Source: Paraspadella gotoi (taxonomy: Eukaryota; Animalia; Chaetognatha). From it: 35,940 nucleotides of DNA. Where the stretch lies: positions 1-35,940 of the forward strand of contig JBJCIZ010001570.1 of NCBI GenBank assembly GCA_051294375.1. Reading direction: 5' to 3'. The notes beneath the pieces were generated by a model that searched no databases, had not been told where the DNA came from, and saw only the letters and a list, made by a program, of their open reading frames with translations. This document shows, piece by piece, positions 11,376-22,365 of the stretch; positions within the stretch are counted from its first letter, which is position 1; every line of letters begins with the position of its first letter. A program made the translations under genes and the position numbers.

Positions 11376-14194
11376 ATGGAAACCGCCGTTTTGTGAAAAT
11401 AAATAAAGACACGAAGGAAGCGGAATTGACTTTTCTCGTCTCAGCTCCAATGTCTACCATGTGACTAGAAAATTTCTCCCTCAGTGGCCACCCCCTCTCC
11501 TCCAAAAGAACACCCTCCCGGATGGACTGGCTTTGGTGGAGTTTTGTTGAAGCCTGAACCAATCAAGCAATACCCACAAATATTCATTCCGGGCAAAACC
11601 ATCCAAAGCCCAAGAAGAAAGTTAATCCAGAAAGAAACAAGACGAAAAATGAAAGAGCACAGCAAAAAAATATTGACACGCTAAATAAGGAAGCTGATTT
11701 GCTTAATGAAGACAAAATTTGCAGGTTGAAATATAAAACTGGATGACGTAATTTTTGTAGACAAACAAGGACATTCTGTCAAATGAGATGATGAAAATAA
11801 TCAAGGCGGCGGATAAGAACAAGAAAAAGGCAAACTCTCGTCGTGGGACTGGATACCGAGTCCGAGATGATAAGAAACGTTGGAAATAAAGTCTGTGTCA
11901 TCCAATTTAGCTATAAAACTCATGACAAACAAGTCAGAACATTGTGGTAAAGACGGACTTCTGCTTCACAGGTACCAAAAAGGTAGACTACGATCCCAAA
12001 TAACTCAGTCAAAAAATTTCTTACCTCCCAAATTCAATGCCATGTTCATGCATCCTAACATCTTATTCGTAGCAGCCAGCACCTTAGGAGACATAAAAGG
12101 CATTGATGAGAAGTTCATTTTATACAGCGACGTAGCCAGATATATCGACATCTCCTATCTGTTCAAGCAAATCCGTTACAAGCAAGGTTACTCGGAATTT
12201 GAGCTCAAAGCAAACTTATGGATTAAGGAAGTCTTTGATTTCGTGTACTCCTCCAGCCCTAGCAATCCAATAGTCATGGAAAAGGACAGACAAGACACCC
12301 TTGCTGCCTGGAATTCAGAAAATCAGAGAAAATAAACCATGGACGGACAGTATGTATATTATTCAGCTCAGGACCCTTACTTTCACCTGTTAAACATTTG
12401 ATGGTCTTTTATTTTAATAGATGTTTGGAAACTAGACATTTCAGTAAACTCAGTAATTCAAACATAAAAGTAGGAAATAATTCAAAGAACATAAAGAGAA
12501 AATGGCTATTAACATAGATTATGACAATTTAATAAATGCTTATGCTCTAGCTAAACCCATCCGAGCCAGAAAAAGAACAACAATGGAAGAAGAAGATGAT
12601 CATCAACGAACTTCAAGCTCAAGCATAAAAGGAAGATCTCAGACAACACTCATACCAACATCAGTACAAACATCAAAGATCACCATCCTCTCGCATGAAG
12701 AAACTTACGCCCTTGAAGTGCAACGGACAGTAGAAGAATCAGAATTTTTGTTTCCAATCTCGCCACACGGGGTAATTGTCCCCCATTTCCATATATAAGT
12801 GAAAATCAATGAAGTCATCCTATCTCGGATTCAGAGCAAGATATTAAACTGATGACCATTCTAAGAAAATTTTAAATATTACAGACATTCTAATTCAAGC
12901 TAACGATAAGACACTTAAAACAGACAATAATCAATTGTTAGAAGAGTTAAATAGTTGCCACAGTCAGCTCATAAGATTATGTAAAAAGCGTTTCAAACAT
13001 TCAAGATATCGTCAGAAAGAAAATTAGCAGAGATCGGTTTTATCCTTGCAAACGATGACTGGAAGCCACTCTTCCGAGAGTTCAGTTCAGAACAGGACCC
13101 TCACAGATGACCCTCTGTTTTTGTTTTACAAATGTCGATTCTTACAGAAGATAAAACCAGAATTTTAATACTCAGTCTCTTATCAAATAAACCAATTAAC
13201 TTCAGTAAATAACTAATAATTTTATCTAAGGAAACTCTACAACAGTATCTCACTTTTGCAAGTAATTTCAGAATTGCCTTTTAAGGATAAAATCCATGCA
13301 TCACAGACTTCTCTCTCCTACCAGCTGGCCATCAATTCCTGGAGATCACCGATCAAAATGTAGATAATCTATCTCCAGCCAGAATAAATTGCTCAGAATA
13401 CAATCCTTGTCAACTTCTTATGGACTACGTAATCCTCTACTCTACTCCTTTGAAAGCATAGAAGAATACTTAGAAATGTTCACTCGCCAATACAAGTTTA
13501 ATCAAATTGAAGTGAAAGACTTTGGCTCAAGGGTTTTAATGTTTTGTCATGATCAATATTTAACAAATAAATAATTTTCTACTTTAAAGATATTTTTCCG
13601 ACCTTATCAGCTATTTAACAAAAGTTTTTGATACAAATAATCTTCTGCTCAGCAATTTTTCCCAGAAACATTCTACCACACTTCGATCTGCAACGGTTGC
13701 CCATCCAACACTCTATCCCAACCATTCCACCACTATTCTCGTTCAAAATCCGTCGGACCTCAATACAGCATCCTCTCTGTTACAGAATACAAATCTATTA
13801 GTATATGACCTCTTACAACATAACAATCCTTCATAACAGAAATCTTGCTCTCATTGTATTTACAGTAGAGACATCTATATTCTGTGTACAACTGAATTCC
13901 CTAAATTCTACTAAAACCATGTTAAATGAATTTTTTTTTCAAAAATTAAGGATAAGAGAAATTTATACTATTATGAGAAGAAAAATGATTTCAAGTTTTA
14001 GGCCAACTATTTTAAATAAATTCAAACCCCGAAATATAACAGACATTTCCAACTAGCCACTTCATTCTAAGGGCCCGGAAACCATCACAGAATTATCAAA
14101 GCACGCCTTAGGTGAACCCTTATGTGAACGAACCTTACATTCGCCAGAGAGAAAAGAGAATTTCAGAATTGAATGTATAACCATCAAATCATAA
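11376..14194 (+). CDS. ORF3 of copy A: ~900-aa protein with a DEDDy (RNase D/WRN/Mut-7-like) 3'-5' exonuclease domain; frameshifted in this assembly
   Basis: ExoI VVGLDTESE (D 11852, E 11858); CVIQFS; HPNILFVAASTLGDIKGI (ExoII D 12090); YIDISYLF; AAW; ExoIII QYVYYSAQDPYF (Y 12360, D 12372). Start and end approximate. Confidence 0.8.
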
Positions 14195-14330
14195 ACATAA
14201 GTTACTTTATGATTTGCAATCATAACTTAAACAAGCAGCTTGGACGGTAAGCTAGCGCAAAGACGCGTACGACTCTCTACAAGTCTCAAAATGGAAAGGA
14301 CAATAGGACCCCCCTTTATCTCGTCTTGTC

Positions 14331-14361
<31 letters not shown>

Positions 14362-14443
14362 GGCATGCTAGCCCTTTGCAATCATTTTGCTATGCAAAAA
14401 TATATATTTGTGTCTTGCAGCCTTACGGCACTATCAGTAGAGG

Positions 14444-14487
<44 letters not shown>

Positions 14488-14577
14488 GTTCTTGTAAATT
14501 ATTGTTTCTCCTCTCATCTCTCAAAGTCTGCTTTCTGTAAGTACTGCTTGAAACAAAAAAAAAAAAAAAAAAAAAAG
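14331..14577 (+). repeat. Three long poly(A) tracts in the 3' non-coding part of the element
   Basis: A-runs of more than 20 nt at ~14331-14357, ~14450-14484 and ~14555-14577. Confidence 0.9.
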
Positions 14578-15047
14578 CAAGTGTCAGTTGTTAGTGAATA
14601 AGATAAACTCAGGATATTGTGAAGAAATCTAAGGAATTGTTAAGGTAACAGATATTTGCAAAGCTTATCAAGTAATGTGCTAAGATGACCCTTCAGTCAG
14701 TCTCAGCTCAGATGCCAGGTTTGTCAAACTTCTGGAAAATGTACTTGCTTAGCCGTCTAGCAGCACTACTTTGCCAGTACAAAATGGGGCATTCTTGGAT
14801 CCTCCTTGCCAGCCTTTCAACGCATTATTGGTAAGCCTTCTTGTTGTTGCTTGTTATATAATATTTTTGTACTAATTATAATCATGTGACAAATTTAACT
14901 CTGTTGACTTTCCTTTCACCATTTCACAACTTAAATTCATGCTCTTTTCTATCATTCTTCATTCAAATTCATTCAAAACTATCTATATTTCTGCCTTCAT
15001 CCTTGTGGAAACGCTTTTTGTTGGAGCTTCACTTCGCTGGACCGTGC

Positions 15048-15085
15048 TCAAAACGAGGACGTTTTGATTTCCCGTGGTTGTGACG
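15048..15085 (+). promoter_or_regulatory. Pre-LTR hairpin and non-canonical plus-strand primer (PPT) region
   Basis: TCAAAACG-AGGA-CGTTTTGA is a perfect 8-bp stem (15048-15067), followed by TTTCCCGTGGTTGTGACG just before the LTR start. Confidence 0.5.
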
Positions 15086-15690
15086 TGTATAAGGAAGGAA
15101 CTTTTGATATACAACCAAGAATGGAGATTGAGTTCATCAATCTCATTTGCATATTGTCGTGTTGACATTGACTTGTCATAAATTCTGTTCGCTGTGTCAT
15201 TTCATGTTCTATTTCACGAATTCACTTTTTTGTCATTAGTGTAGCTATTGATGATAGTAATTGATTAGAGAGTTTGGGCATTTATTAATAATAATTATCA
15301 TTAAACTAACTTATAAATATTCTTATTGGAACCCACTCTTTGGTATTTCAATTATAGTTTATAGTTTCAGGATGAATTCTATGCTTTGACTTGGAACAGA
15401 GTTGGCTTCCAATATGGCAGTCCCATCCTCTCTGTCTATAGTTCTTACTTATTGGTAGAATTATGATAGAAGCATTTTATATATGTTTTATTAATAAGAC
15501 TCTTTTTCCTCCATAGGGTATCTATGCTTATGACTTTACTTCCCTTAAGCTAGCTATATGCCTCAAGCATTCTACTACTGAACCACAGCAAGTTAGCATC
15601 TCTTATTCTACAAGTAAGTTAATTGGTATGTTTATTGAAATACTACTGAGCTAAGTTTACTGTTATTTTAGGACCAATAGCTCGCTTACA
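15086..15690 (+). repeat. 3' LTR of copy A (~600 bp, TG...CA)
   Basis: Starts TGTATAAGG (alternative start TGTGACG at 15079) and ends CTTACA. Colinear with 19895-20549; similarity stops at 15690. Confidence 0.88.
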
Positions 15691-15783
15691 CTCTTGGCCT
15701 TCTCAACTTACCTTCCCTGCTTTACTCACCCTAAAACTCGCTCGCTCCGCCAACCTTCGCCCATTGCCCGCCCGCCGCCCCAG

Positions 15784-16020
15784 ATCTGGATTATCGTCCA
15801 CGGAACATTTCGCAACGCATCTCCGAGTCACAAGAGTCTGCTCGCTTTGCCTCGTTACTACTCTCGAAGGTCTCCACCGTTGACCGTGCCGTTGGCCTCG
15901 AGAGTCGTCCTAACCCCATGACCTCTCATACTGGCTGCGCCAGCGTCCCTGGACCGTTCCGAGTGGGCGTGGAGCGACGGGCGAAAGAAACTCGCGATCA
16001 AAAGGTCGGATTTTTTTGGT
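15784..16020 (+). other. Possible host exon of an unidentified gene
   Basis: GC-rich block bounded by C-rich ...CCCCAG (15783) and GTGAGT (16021). No recognisable domain. Confidence 0.3.
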
Positions 16021-16439
16021 GTGAGTGGTGAAGGCCCCGGATTCCATCGACTCGAAAAAGCGCGACCTTGCATCCTCTGCTTTTCGTTAGTTTTAGCCTT
16101 TTTCCTCTGGTTCTCCTATTCGCCTTTACAATGGATATCCCGTTCTCAGGCACAAGCGCAGTGAGTTCCGTTTCTGTTTTTAACGTTTATACGTGAAATC
16201 TGTTTCTTTAATTTCTGCCTTTCCCCATGCTCATGTGACCAATTTGATTTCTTCATCTTTAGCCGATTAGTCTGAAAAACTAAATGTTTTAATTATACTA
16301 ACGGCAAAATAGACGGACGCTCGCGACCGACCAGGGATCAACTCTCCTCATCTTGACCTCGTTTATCGCAATCAAGCAAATCCTAGTCGAGTTCCGCTTG
16401 AACTTTTCTCGTTCATCCCGCTATTCGTATCACACCTTT

Positions 16440-16755
16440 TCGCCTTTTGTCTTACTGCCTTTTCAATTCTCTTTTTTTTATTCTTTTTTTTTTATTCAAC
16501 TTTGGCTTAGAGTTTAGCGTGTTTTTTTTTTCCTTTCTTTTTCTAATCTTGTCGCTGTATTTTTTTCTTTCTGTTTTTTGTTTCTTTGTTTTCTATGCTT
16601 TCGTGCCTTCTTTCTTGTCTTTCTTTCTATCTTTCTTTCTTTCTTTCTTTCTTTGCTTTCTTTTTTCTTTCTTTCTTTCTCTCTTTCTTTCCTTTCTTTT
16701 TTTTTCTTAGTCTTTCCTTTCTACTAGCTTTCTTCTCTCTCTTTACTTTTCTTTC
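16440..16755. repeat. Pyrimidine-rich low-complexity / (TTTC)n microsatellite
   Basis: Runs of TTTC, TTCT and T homopolymers; it produces the spurious F/L/S-rich ORFs in the track. Confidence 0.9.
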
Positions 16756-16852
16756 AAACGCCTATCGAGAACCCTTTCTCAATGATCGCGCTCAACTTGC
16801 CTTGCGCTGCTACATCTCAAAATGGAGAGGCGGTGCGGTTGCGAATGGGCGG

Positions 16853-16936
16853 ACAAAGACAAACAGTGGCCGAAGCAATTGCCATTTCTACAATATGCCA
16901 TGAACACCACCCCTCATAGCACCACTAAACAGACGC
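16853..16936 (+). mobile_element. Isolated fragment of the same element's integrase (DKQWPKQLPFLQYAMNTTPHSTTKQT)
   Basis: Matches ~26880-26963 and ~31911-31995; abuts a 25-N gap. Confidence 0.85.
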
Positions 16937-16961
16937 NNNNNNNNNNNNNNNNNNNNNNNNN

Positions 16962-17896
16962 GGGTCGTCCGAAAACCAGACCCGGTGCGCTCAACGACGG
17001 AGACCCGACCTCCCCGCCCGACGAGGACGACTGAGTCGGCGCAGCCATTTGTGTTGTCCCTTTTCGATCACCTCCATGAATCCACGGGCCTGGTTTAACG
17101 TGAAGAAAAAAAAAAAATAGTAGCTGCACATAAATAATATCGTCCGATTTTTTTTAGTTTTTAATTCTCGGTTTAAACCCTCGTTGTTCTTCTCCCATTA
17201 CCTAATTCCACTGTTTTTCTACAAGCCTTTTTTCCCTTAAAACTTTAAAGTATGCGATTGTCGTGATTCTCTAATTTTCTGTTTGTTTCATTGTCAAAAT
17301 TAAAATAAGTAACATAAGATTTAATGTTACTTAAAAAAGCAGTTTTAGATTTAGATAGTGATCATCAAGAACAACTCGACATTTGCTCAAAGAAGAAATT
17401 GTCGGCTGAAGAGAGGTTTATAGTTCGTCCTCATTCCTCGAGGACAAGTATGTTTTTAAAAAATGTTCAATATTTTAATATAATCCAAAATGCTACAATA
17501 TGCAAATGAAATTAAAGAAAATCATCTGCATTATCATTCCCCAACCACGACAACAACAACAACTACCCTGCCCTCGAACTCAGGTCTGATGACTTCGTGA
17601 CGTTCGAGGCTCCGCAGGTGCAGAGCATCGGCAGCCACCGTCTCGTCGAGAGTTTCCCTCCAGAAGGAGTTGTCGCGAGCGGCAGATTAGCAGACCGTCA
17701 CTGCGGTTGGTGCGAAAAAGGAGGATGGGCTAGAGGACGAACGACCCAAACATTTAATTTCTTCGTTCGTCTCAAGCTATCCTAAGCGAGAAGAGAGTGG
17801 AGTCTTAGAACTGACGTGCACCTCACGAACTCCTTGGCCCATCAGGGCCCAAATAACGTCTCGGCTGAGATCGTCTCTTCGTCTCCAATTCGCCAT
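16962..17896 (-). CDS. Probable host F-box-domain protein gene, 5' exons (17822-17896, 17567-17700, further exon ~16962-17050)
   Basis: ATG at 17896. With single-base indel corrections the spliced reading is MANW..DDLSRDVIWALMAKEFVS/DGLLICRS.NSFWRETLDE, an F-box-like L..DV...L.CR.V...W pattern. GT/AG sites at 17821, 17701 and 17566. Confidence 0.4.
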
Positions 17897-18510
17897 GATT
17901 TTTCCCATCGAAACTCACGCTAGAGTGCCCACGATCGAGAAGAATCGACCTATTTCAATGGTTCGAGAGTTATCAACTTCATTGTATCTTACGAATAGAA
18001 CAACCTAAGACAAAGCCCTAATTAATTAAATTATGAAACAAACAAGTGAATGATGATAATGTTCAAACCAAAACATATCGGTCAATGGCATTATCCGTCA
18101 CCGGAGCATTTCTTTTATTGAATGTTTGTTTTCGAATTTTTGTTATGAATCAAAACCGTGTAATTAAATCTCTCATCCCGTGGCGTTATTCTTTTTCTAC
18201 TCTCAATATGAAGTTGTCTTCTTCTTCTTTTAAATTTATTTTTTTCGCATGACCAAATATAAATTAATAAAGACGAGTGAAGGTTAGCGGCAAATTTGGT
18301 AAGTTAACCTACGTAACTATCCTTGCTCGTGTGACATTAAGACCATTCAAAAGTGTCCATAAGAACGTATATAATTATCAAAACCATTAAAAAATATATC
18401 ACCATCCATTAAAAAAAAAAAAAAAATTAACAATCGAAACAAATAAGCCAATCCAAAAAATGTGTGGTTATTATTGTAATAATTTTTTGTCATTTATGAT
18501 TTATATAAAG

Positions 18511-19853
18511 TCAAAGAGACAATGTCATTCCTTCGTCCATCACGACATCCAAGCAATTCTCCAAATCCGCGTTTCCTCCGCACAAAACGACCGCGACCCT
18601 TTTCAATCCGTGACGCCTAGCGGCCCCTTACGTCTTTGAAGGGCTGGCTTGCAAATGGGCTCTGGCACTGGCCCGACGACCGGCCCTGCCGCCGCCGCCC
18701 TCCGGGCGAGGTTTCATCCAGAGTGTTAGACGAACTTCATCGCGCACGAATTTCCCCCGTCCGTCACGGTGAGGAGGGAGAGAGAGGCGGAGGGGAAGAT
18801 GGCAAGCGAGTTTTAAGCTCATTCGTAGAAAGGTAAAACCATTTTAAATCGGAATTTAAGCGACCCACTGAAAATCTTTTCGGCATTCCAACCAAATGGC
18901 GCCGAAGTCAGGGACCGACTTGTTGCAACTATATGCCATCGGCGAGAGTGTCTGGATCCAAAGTCGAGAGATATTTAGAATTTGTGATTCATATATATAT
19001 TTAGTATGTTATTTTTTAGGTTTTATAAAATTTATATTCATATTTATATTACCCAAAAAACTTTGGTTCTCCCCACATCTTCGTCCCGCCGTCAACGACT
19101 TTTCTGCCCCCGATCTCCTTCCCACGCGGCTCAACGGGCGAACACCTTCAGGTATCGGCTTTCTGGCAGTTTTGGCGGCCGACTCAGATGCGGACGGTCA
19201 TCCCGCCGCCCTGATCGAAGGATGCAGTTCCAGATCCGGGACCTTCCAAATGTCGGGAGGAAAAGGGAAAAAAGAAAAGATATAATAGTGAAGAGACGCG
19301 ACTATATGAAACTGCAGCTCCCGGGGGTTATTTTTAATCGTGAGGGTATTTTTATTGTTTTTGACAGAGGCAGGTAGGGATATCAGATACGACAAATATT
19401 AGTGCAAATGAGAGAGATTGAGGAACCAATCTCATTTTATGAACAAATTCACAAATTAATAATCTTCTTCATATTGAGAGGCAATTATAAGTACGAAGTT
19501 CGGTATTTTAAAAAGTAACAGATTCCGTATTTTTTTTTAACAAGGGCGATCACTGACGGTCGGTCAGCTTCTTACGCCATCGCTGGGTATGGTTTATATC
19601 ACATGCGATTCTCCACCGTGCCAATAATACTCTTTCCTTACACAAATTCACATTTAAAAACCACACCTGCTCCATAAACTCAAGGAGCGATGTCCCTGTT
19701 CCGGATAGACCGTTCGTCCGTCAAGTCATCGTTAGGTGGTTTGGAATGAGTTTTGAATTGAAAGCCGAGTCGATATCGCTGATTTCTTGACACCGTATCG
19801 CGCGCGAGGACGCAGGCGTCGGCTCACAGTAAATCAGTTCGCGCCGTAGGACT
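18511..19853 (-). CDS. Host serine racemase / threonine dehydratase family (PLP fold type II) gene, last four exons: 19667-19853, 19053-19242, ~18865-18951, 18511-~18768
   Basis: Minus-strand motifs in the expected order, corrected for indels: SYGA.LIYCEPTPAS, GT...LEFMEQ | VPDL..IL...GGGM...AAK...LKVFAVEP | DTLADGI.LQQVG | VTDGEIR..MKF..MKL.PE...KRVAVVLCGGNADLE. GT-AG boundaries found for the first three exons. The PLP-lysine exons are not in the window. Confidence 0.85.
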
Positions 19854-19894
19854 CTGAGGAAAAGGTAGAGGTAGTTGCGGATCTGCTCGGTAAG

Positions 19895-20549
19895 GGTATT
19901 AAGGAAGAGGAACTTTTGATACAACAAAAGAAGAGATTGAGTTCATTCAATTCTCATTGATAATTTGTCACACTAACACGTGTGGTTTGACATTGACTTG
20001 TCATACAATTCGTGTTCCTGTGTCAGTTTCATCTGTTCTCATTTCACGAATTCACTTTTGTCATTAGTTTTTTTGTATTAGCTATTGATGATAAGTAATT
20101 GATCAGAGATTGGGACATTATAATAATAATTATTCAATTAAACTAACTTATTTAAATATTCTTATTGGAACCCACTCTTTGGTATTTCAATTATAGTTTA
20201 ATAGTTTCAGGAATGAATTTCTATTGCTTTAACTTGGAACAGAGGTTGGCTTCCAATATGGCAGGTCCCATCCTCTCTGGTTCTTTAGTTCTTACTTATT
20301 GGAGTTAGGAATTATGTTAACGAAACATTTTATATATATGTTATTAATAAAGACTCTTTCTTCCTCCATAGTGGTATCTTAGCTTATGACTTTACTTCCT
20401 TAAGCCTAGCTATATGCCTCAGAATCTACTAACTGAACCACAAGCAAGTTAGCATCTCTTATTCTACAAGGTAATTAATTGTCATGTTTATTGGAATATA
20501 CTAGAGCTAAGTTTACTGGTTATTTTAGGACCAATTAAGCTCCGCTACA
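19895..20549 (+). repeat. 5' LTR of copy B
   Basis: Colinear with 15086-15690. Ends GCTACA and is followed 1 nt later by the TGG of the PBS. AATAAA at ~20346. Confidence 0.88.
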
Positions 20550-20550
20550 T

Positions 20551-20567
20551 TGGTGCATATAGAGCGT
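20551..20567 (+). promoter_or_regulatory. Primer-binding site (tRNA-Gly-like)
   Basis: CA-T-TGGTGCATATAG.. immediately after the LTR; the first 8 nt are complementary to the CCA end of tRNA-Gly(GCC). Confidence 0.65.
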
Positions 20568-20775
20568 TTTAAAGAGGTAAACCACTTTTTTAGATTACCT
20601 GAGCTTCCTTCATCTTGCCTAGGCTATTACTTAATACTTTAACTTAAATTATTAGGATAGTATAGGCCTATACCTTATTCATATGCAATTGCAACTCGAT
20701 CTTAATATAATTAAACAATTTATTTATTTTCCTAACGTTCTCGGTCTCTGACAGCAGTATTCTTGCGAGAGAGAA

Positions 20776-21290
20776 ATGGTGTGCAGCTTGATTTACTGCA
20801 ACTTCAATCCACAATTGAAAGTGTCACAACTCTTGTCCCAATATTCTCAACTTTCTTGTCCTTCACTACTTTCAGGCCAAGCAGATGTTTGCGTGCCTCA
20901 GCCCCAAACAACTACAAACTTCAACTACTTCGCTTCCACTTCGTTTACATCGGATTTCTTCAACTACATTTGCCTGCCATAAGGGTTTTGGGACCAAGAT
21001 CCCATTCAGGGTTTTCTAACAGGATCCCCTTTCCTGTGTCAGGGGACACCGCACTACTACAATCCAGTACCAACCTACTACAATACCGTGGACTTTTTTC
21101 TTTCTGGTGTCTATCTCGTCTCTATCATCGCCTTCTACATACTCGCTTACCTCCTAACAACATCGTTCTCTTCGTTTCAGTAGCCACCGTGGATTCGCCG
21201 GTGGGCTGGACACCACTCCCTCACTTTATCTCGCTGGAAGATTTAAGAGCGCTTAAAGACTTTTGTGAAGGACTACAAACACTTTTTTAA
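20776..21290 (+). CDS. Candidate upstream ORF (~170 aa) in the element's leader, unknown function
   Basis: Overlapping 175-aa and 68-aa ORFs in a higher-GC island. The copy at 1-148 is open in frame 2 (STLLVYLLQHRSLRFISHRGFAGGLDTTPSLISWKDKRLKDFVKDYKTF). True frame uncertain. Confidence 0.4.
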
Positions 21291-22298
21291 ATTCTCCACT
21301 GCTCTTATGGAATAATTTTCCACGTAACTCATAATTGGTTTATCCTTTTTTTATTTTTGCCACCACTCTTTTATACCCATTTTATCTCAGTAATTATTCT
21401 CTAGCGGGAATCCAAACTCTAATTCCCTCGTCCTTTAGTTTTGGACTTTTAAGTTGCCTATCCAACTCTCTGATCTTGTCGTGACGTGCACATTTGGCAA
21501 AACTTTTATTTTTAAAAACAATTCTAATATTTCGGTTTCAAAATGTCTGTGTTATTTAGACGATATAATTTCAATGGCAACACTAAGAATCATTAATTTA
21601 CCACAGCATTTTTCTTGTATCAAGTTTTTGCTTGCTGCCTCGCCACTTAACATATCTGAAGTCCATTCAATAATAACCCCTCTTACTATGTGTGCCGGAG
21701 CAACACCTTTTCTGGGCAGTTCTTAACCAATATTCTCACAATTAGAAACACTGGCTAAATCGTCAATTGTTCATCATGCTCCTTCAGGGTTAGGATTGTG
21801 CTTGGATCCGTAAATTTTTGAACCCAATAGTATTTAAATTGAAATCCATTTTTTTCAAATTTCTTTCTTCATTTGACCAAACCCAATTCTCGTTCGCTAT
21901 TACCCAAAAATCTGACTCTTACGGCTTTGAATTCGGGTAACCATCTTAAATCTAAAATCCCATTAGCATAATCGCGCCTCCAAATATTCTTAAAAAAAAA
22001 AAAATTCACAAGCAATATGACAGCTTATTAATTTCAAAGCCATGATGTTGTAACCAATTGTGAAGTTTTAATTCGTCCTAATTTTTTGGCCTTGCCATCC
22101 AACAAATCATTTTCAACATATAGAATAATCAAATTAATTCATTATGTAACTAATCGTTATCTCCCTCAGCTATTAATAGATGTTGTGATTTCTTCATGGA
22201 AACACCATTTCTCTATTGGGTGATATTTCTAGTAACAAGAACTTCAGCGCTGAGCCAGAGGTTAAGTTGAATTACCTTCAACACATTTGCTTGTCATC

Positions 22299-22329
<31 letters not shown>

Positions 22330-22365
22330 CACATTCAATCTTTTTCACTTCCACCATACCTCACA

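Larger units (their letters stand above)
1..15690 (+). mobile_element. Ty3/Gypsy LTR retrotransposon, copy A (scrambled by assembly: leader fragments, inverted 5' part, gag C-terminus, pol, ORF3, 3' LTR)
   Basis: Domain order PR-RT-RNaseH-IN is diagnostic of Ty3/Gypsy. Ends in an LTR (15086-15690) matching 19895-20549. 1-148 and 619-729 match the copy B leader (~21135-21288 and ~21703-21819). Confidence 0.93.

Noticed and set aside
14326-14601. Poly-lysine ORF
   Set aside because: Translation of poly(A) tracts.
16447-16903. Hydrophobic F/L/S-rich membrane-protein ORFs
   Set aside because: Translation of a TTTC microsatellite.
17584-17612. CTGATGA as a hammerhead ribozyme core
   Set aside because: No stem II followed by GAAA; it lies antisense to a probable host exon.
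15686-19895. Target-site duplication linking the LTR at 15690 with the LTR at 19895
   Set aside because: Flanks (CTCTT after; TAAG or CTCG before, depending on boundary) do not match convincingly, and the two LTRs belong to different copies as assembled.
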